Assembly (NCBI GenBank): GCA_963707985.1
Contig: CAVPRW010000014.1
Location: forward strand, 192,001 to 256,000
Direction of reading: 5' to 3'
Length of the DNA stretch: 64,000 nt
Source of the DNA: an uncultured Nitrospinota bacterium
GTDB taxonomy: Bacteria; Tectomicrobia; Entotheonellia; J063; CAVPRW01
Of this stretch, positions 61,997-64,000 are shown piece after piece. The notes beneath the pieces are model-generated. The model was not told the origin of the DNA. It saw only the letters and a list, made by a program, of their open reading frames with translations, and did no database searches. The translations under genes and the position numbers were made by a program. The first letter of the stretch is position 1, and each line of letters opens with the position of its first letter.

Positions 61997-63202
61997 ATGT
62001 TCAGCTTCGAGGAAGCCAGACAACGTGTGCTCGAACGCGTGGAGCCTTTGGCCGAGCGCGAACAGCTGGTGGTCAAGGATGCCTTGGGACGCATTCTCGC
62101 CGCTGATGTGCAGGCGCCACTCGACATCCCACCGTTGCCGAATTCGGCACGTGATGGCTACGCCCTGCGTGCTGCAGACCTCGTGAGCCATGGGAGTGCA
62201 CGCTTGCAGGTGGTGGCTGAGGTGCCTGCGGGACAATACTGTGACATCGAAATCAAAACGGGCCAGGCGGCGCGCATTTTTACCGGGGCTCCGATGCCGC
62301 CAGGCGCTGATACGGTGGTCATGCAAGAGTACGTGCAGCGACATGACGATGTCGTTGAAGTCCCGGTCAATGCCGTCAAAGCCTTCGATAACGTACGCCC
62401 ACGCGGTGAGGATGTGGCAACCGGCGATGTCGTGCTGGAGCGTGGGACGTATATTCGCCCGCAGGAGGTTGGCATTTTGGCGGCATTGGGCCTAACTCAT
62501 GTGGCGGTGTACAAACGGCCGCGAGTGGCGGTGATCTCCACCGGCAATGAGGTGGTCGAGGCCGGAGAGCCGCGTGGACCGGCGCAGATTTTCGACAGCA
62601 ATCGCTACTCCCTGATTGGCTTACTGGAGGTGCTCGGCGCCGAAGCCCTGGACTTTGGCATCATTGGCGACGAGCGTGACGCGCTGCGGCAAGCCTTTCT
62701 TCGTGCCAGCGAGCAAGCGCACGCCATTCTGACCTCGGGAGGGGTGTCGGTGGGCGCATATGATCTGGTGCGCGACATCCTCAACGAGGTTGGCAGCATC
62801 GATTTCTGGCGCGTCAAGATGCGACCAGGAGGCCCGCAGGCGTATGGCCGCATCGGGCCAGCCTATTTCTTTGGGCTCCCAGGCAATCCGGTGTCAGCTA
62901 TGGTGGTCTTTCTCGAAATCGTCCAGCCGGCGCTCTGGCGGCTCACAGGACGCAAGGATTGGCAACCCACCCGCTTTCGTGCCCGCCTGCGGGAAACTAT
63001 CCGCAAGCGTCCAGGATTGATGGAATTTCAGCGCGGCATCATAACCTATACTGACCTCGGTTGGGAAGTGACGACTACCGGGCCACAGGGTTCGGGCATC
63101 TTGCGCTCAATGGTCCAGGGGAACTGCCTCATCTTCCTGGCAGAAGAGCGCGGCGATTATGAACGTGGTGAAGAGGTATGGGTCGAACCATTTCCGATGT
63201 GA
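61997..63202 (+). CDS. moeA: Molybdopterin molybdotransferase MoeA (paralogue 3, canonical Glp type)
   Basis: NSARDGYA, IFTGAPMP, STGNEV, TSGGVSVG, GLPGNPVS, QGSGIL. Confidence 0.92.
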   Translation: MFSFEEARQRVLERVEPLAEREQLVVKDALGRILAADVQAPLDIPPLPNSARDGYALRAADLVSHGSARLQVVAEVPAGQYCDIEIKTGQAARIFTGAPMPPGADTVVMQEYVQRHDDVVEVPVNAVKAFDNVRPRGEDVATGDVVLERGTYIRPQEVGILAALGLTHVAVYKRPRVAVISTGNEVVEAGEPRGPAQIFDSNRYSLIGLLEVLGAEALDFGIIGDERDALRQAFLRASEQAHAILTSGGVSVGAYDLVRDILNEVGSIDFWRVKMRPGGPQAYGRIGPAYFFGLPGNPVSAMVVFLEIVQPALWRLTGRKDWQPTRFRARLRETIRKRPGLMEFQRGIITYTDLGWEVTTTGPQGSGILRSMVQGNCLIFLAEERGDYERGEEVWVEPFPM

Positions 63203-63220
63203 TGCCAGACTAGGGAGCTA

Positions 63221-64000
63221 TAGACTTTAAGAAAAAGATTTTCTGAAGAGGGGTTGACGTGCCGCCACACATCGGGACAAGGCCTACCAAAGAAACATCA
63301 CTCCCATGTTGTCTTTGGAGGAACGTCCCGATGTGCAGCGTCCGTTTTACCCTCACCACACAGTCCCGTAAAGCCGTGGCACGCCAGCTGAAGACGGCCC
63401 AGCAACCAGGGCCGCTTACGCCAGGTCAAGTCTTGCCTCGCCCTCCTCGCCGTCGGGAACGGCCGGAGTTTGGCAGAGGTCGCAGGGGTCTTGCGCGTGC
63501 ATGAGAAGACTGTCGCCGCGTGGATACGCCGGTTCTGTTGCGAGGGGCTCCACGGGGTCCCGCGCCAGCAGCCCCCAGGCCGTCCCCCCAAACTGACCCC
63601 GATGCAAAAAGCCGCCCTCACCACCCTCATTGACGAGGGACCGATTAAGGCTGGGTTTAGCAGCGCCTGCTGGCGCTCGCCCATGATCCAACAGCTGATT
63701 TACGACCGCTTCGGCGTCTTCTACAACGTCTTCTACAACGCTCAATTACTCAAGAACCTCGGCTTTCGCTACCAGAAGGCTGCCTTTGTCTCCGCTCATC
63801 TCACCGAAGCGCAGCGCCACGAGTGGTGTACCACCATCTGGCCCCAGATATTGCGCCTGGCAACAGCCCAACACGCCTTGCTGCTGTTTGGCGATGAGGC
63901 CTCGTTCCCACAGTGGGGGACGCTGTCGTACACCTGTGCCCGTCGCGGGCACCAGCCGCTGGTCAGGACATCCGGCAAGCGCCAAGGGTACAAAGTCTTT
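63221..64000 (+). mobile_element. IS630-family insertion sequence (left end; runs off the window)
   Basis: A TA dinucleotide at 63219-63220 precedes TAGACTTTAAGAAAAAG, followed by a transposase ORF. The right end is not visible, so the boundary is inferred. Confidence 0.8.
63331..64000 (+). CDS. IS630-family transposase (partial; +1 shift near 63406)
   Basis: After the shift: LAEVAGVLRVHEKTVAAWIRRF (HTH), PGRPPKLT, W...LLKNLGFRYQKA, LLFGDEASF (first catalytic Asp). Confidence 0.85.

Noticed and set aside
63715..63738. 12-bp tandem repeat CGTCTTCTACAA x2
   Set aside because: In frame within the transposase and only two copies; no sign of an array or regulatory role.
1..64000. rRNA, tRNA, tmRNA, CRISPR arrays and defence or secondary-metabolite clusters
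   Set aside because: No signatures were recognised by eye. A covariance-model scan would be needed to exclude divergent RNAs.

Overview
A 64-kb stretch of core chromosome from a GC-rich diderm (LPS-producing) bacterium. Gene content suggests a Deltaproteobacteria-like or Tectomicrobia/Nitrospinota-like lineage; this is an inference and no search was run. Left half, nearly all on +: lptE(partial)-holA, rpsT(-), xerD-glnD, phoH-7TM/HD phosphodiesterase-ybeY, lapA-lapB-mutS-epimerase, DUF4390-ntrY-[NtrX-like regulator fused in frame to LpxC]-lolA-rseP-proS, and rimP-nusA-ylxR/L7Ae-infB-DUF503-rbfA-truB-rpsO-pnp. Right half, mixed strands: thioredoxin-like protein, FmdB-like protein, ftsK, DUF151 nuclease-PDZ, two class I aminotransferases, REC-GGDEF, LysM-M23, HU, murD, alpha2-type GlyRS, a fused ABC permease, rlmN, coaD, an FGE-domain protein, OmpA with a 20-proline linker, a PIG-L deacetylase, three tandem moeA paralogues and a truncated IS630. 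The strongest candidate for a novel system is a two-component response regulator covalently carrying the lipid A committed-step enzyme LpxC, next to its kinase and near lapAB. Six genes contain single-base insertions (lpxC end, lolA, proS, FGE, ompA, IS630), most likely sequencing errors. I recognised no rRNA, tRNA or CRISPR array.
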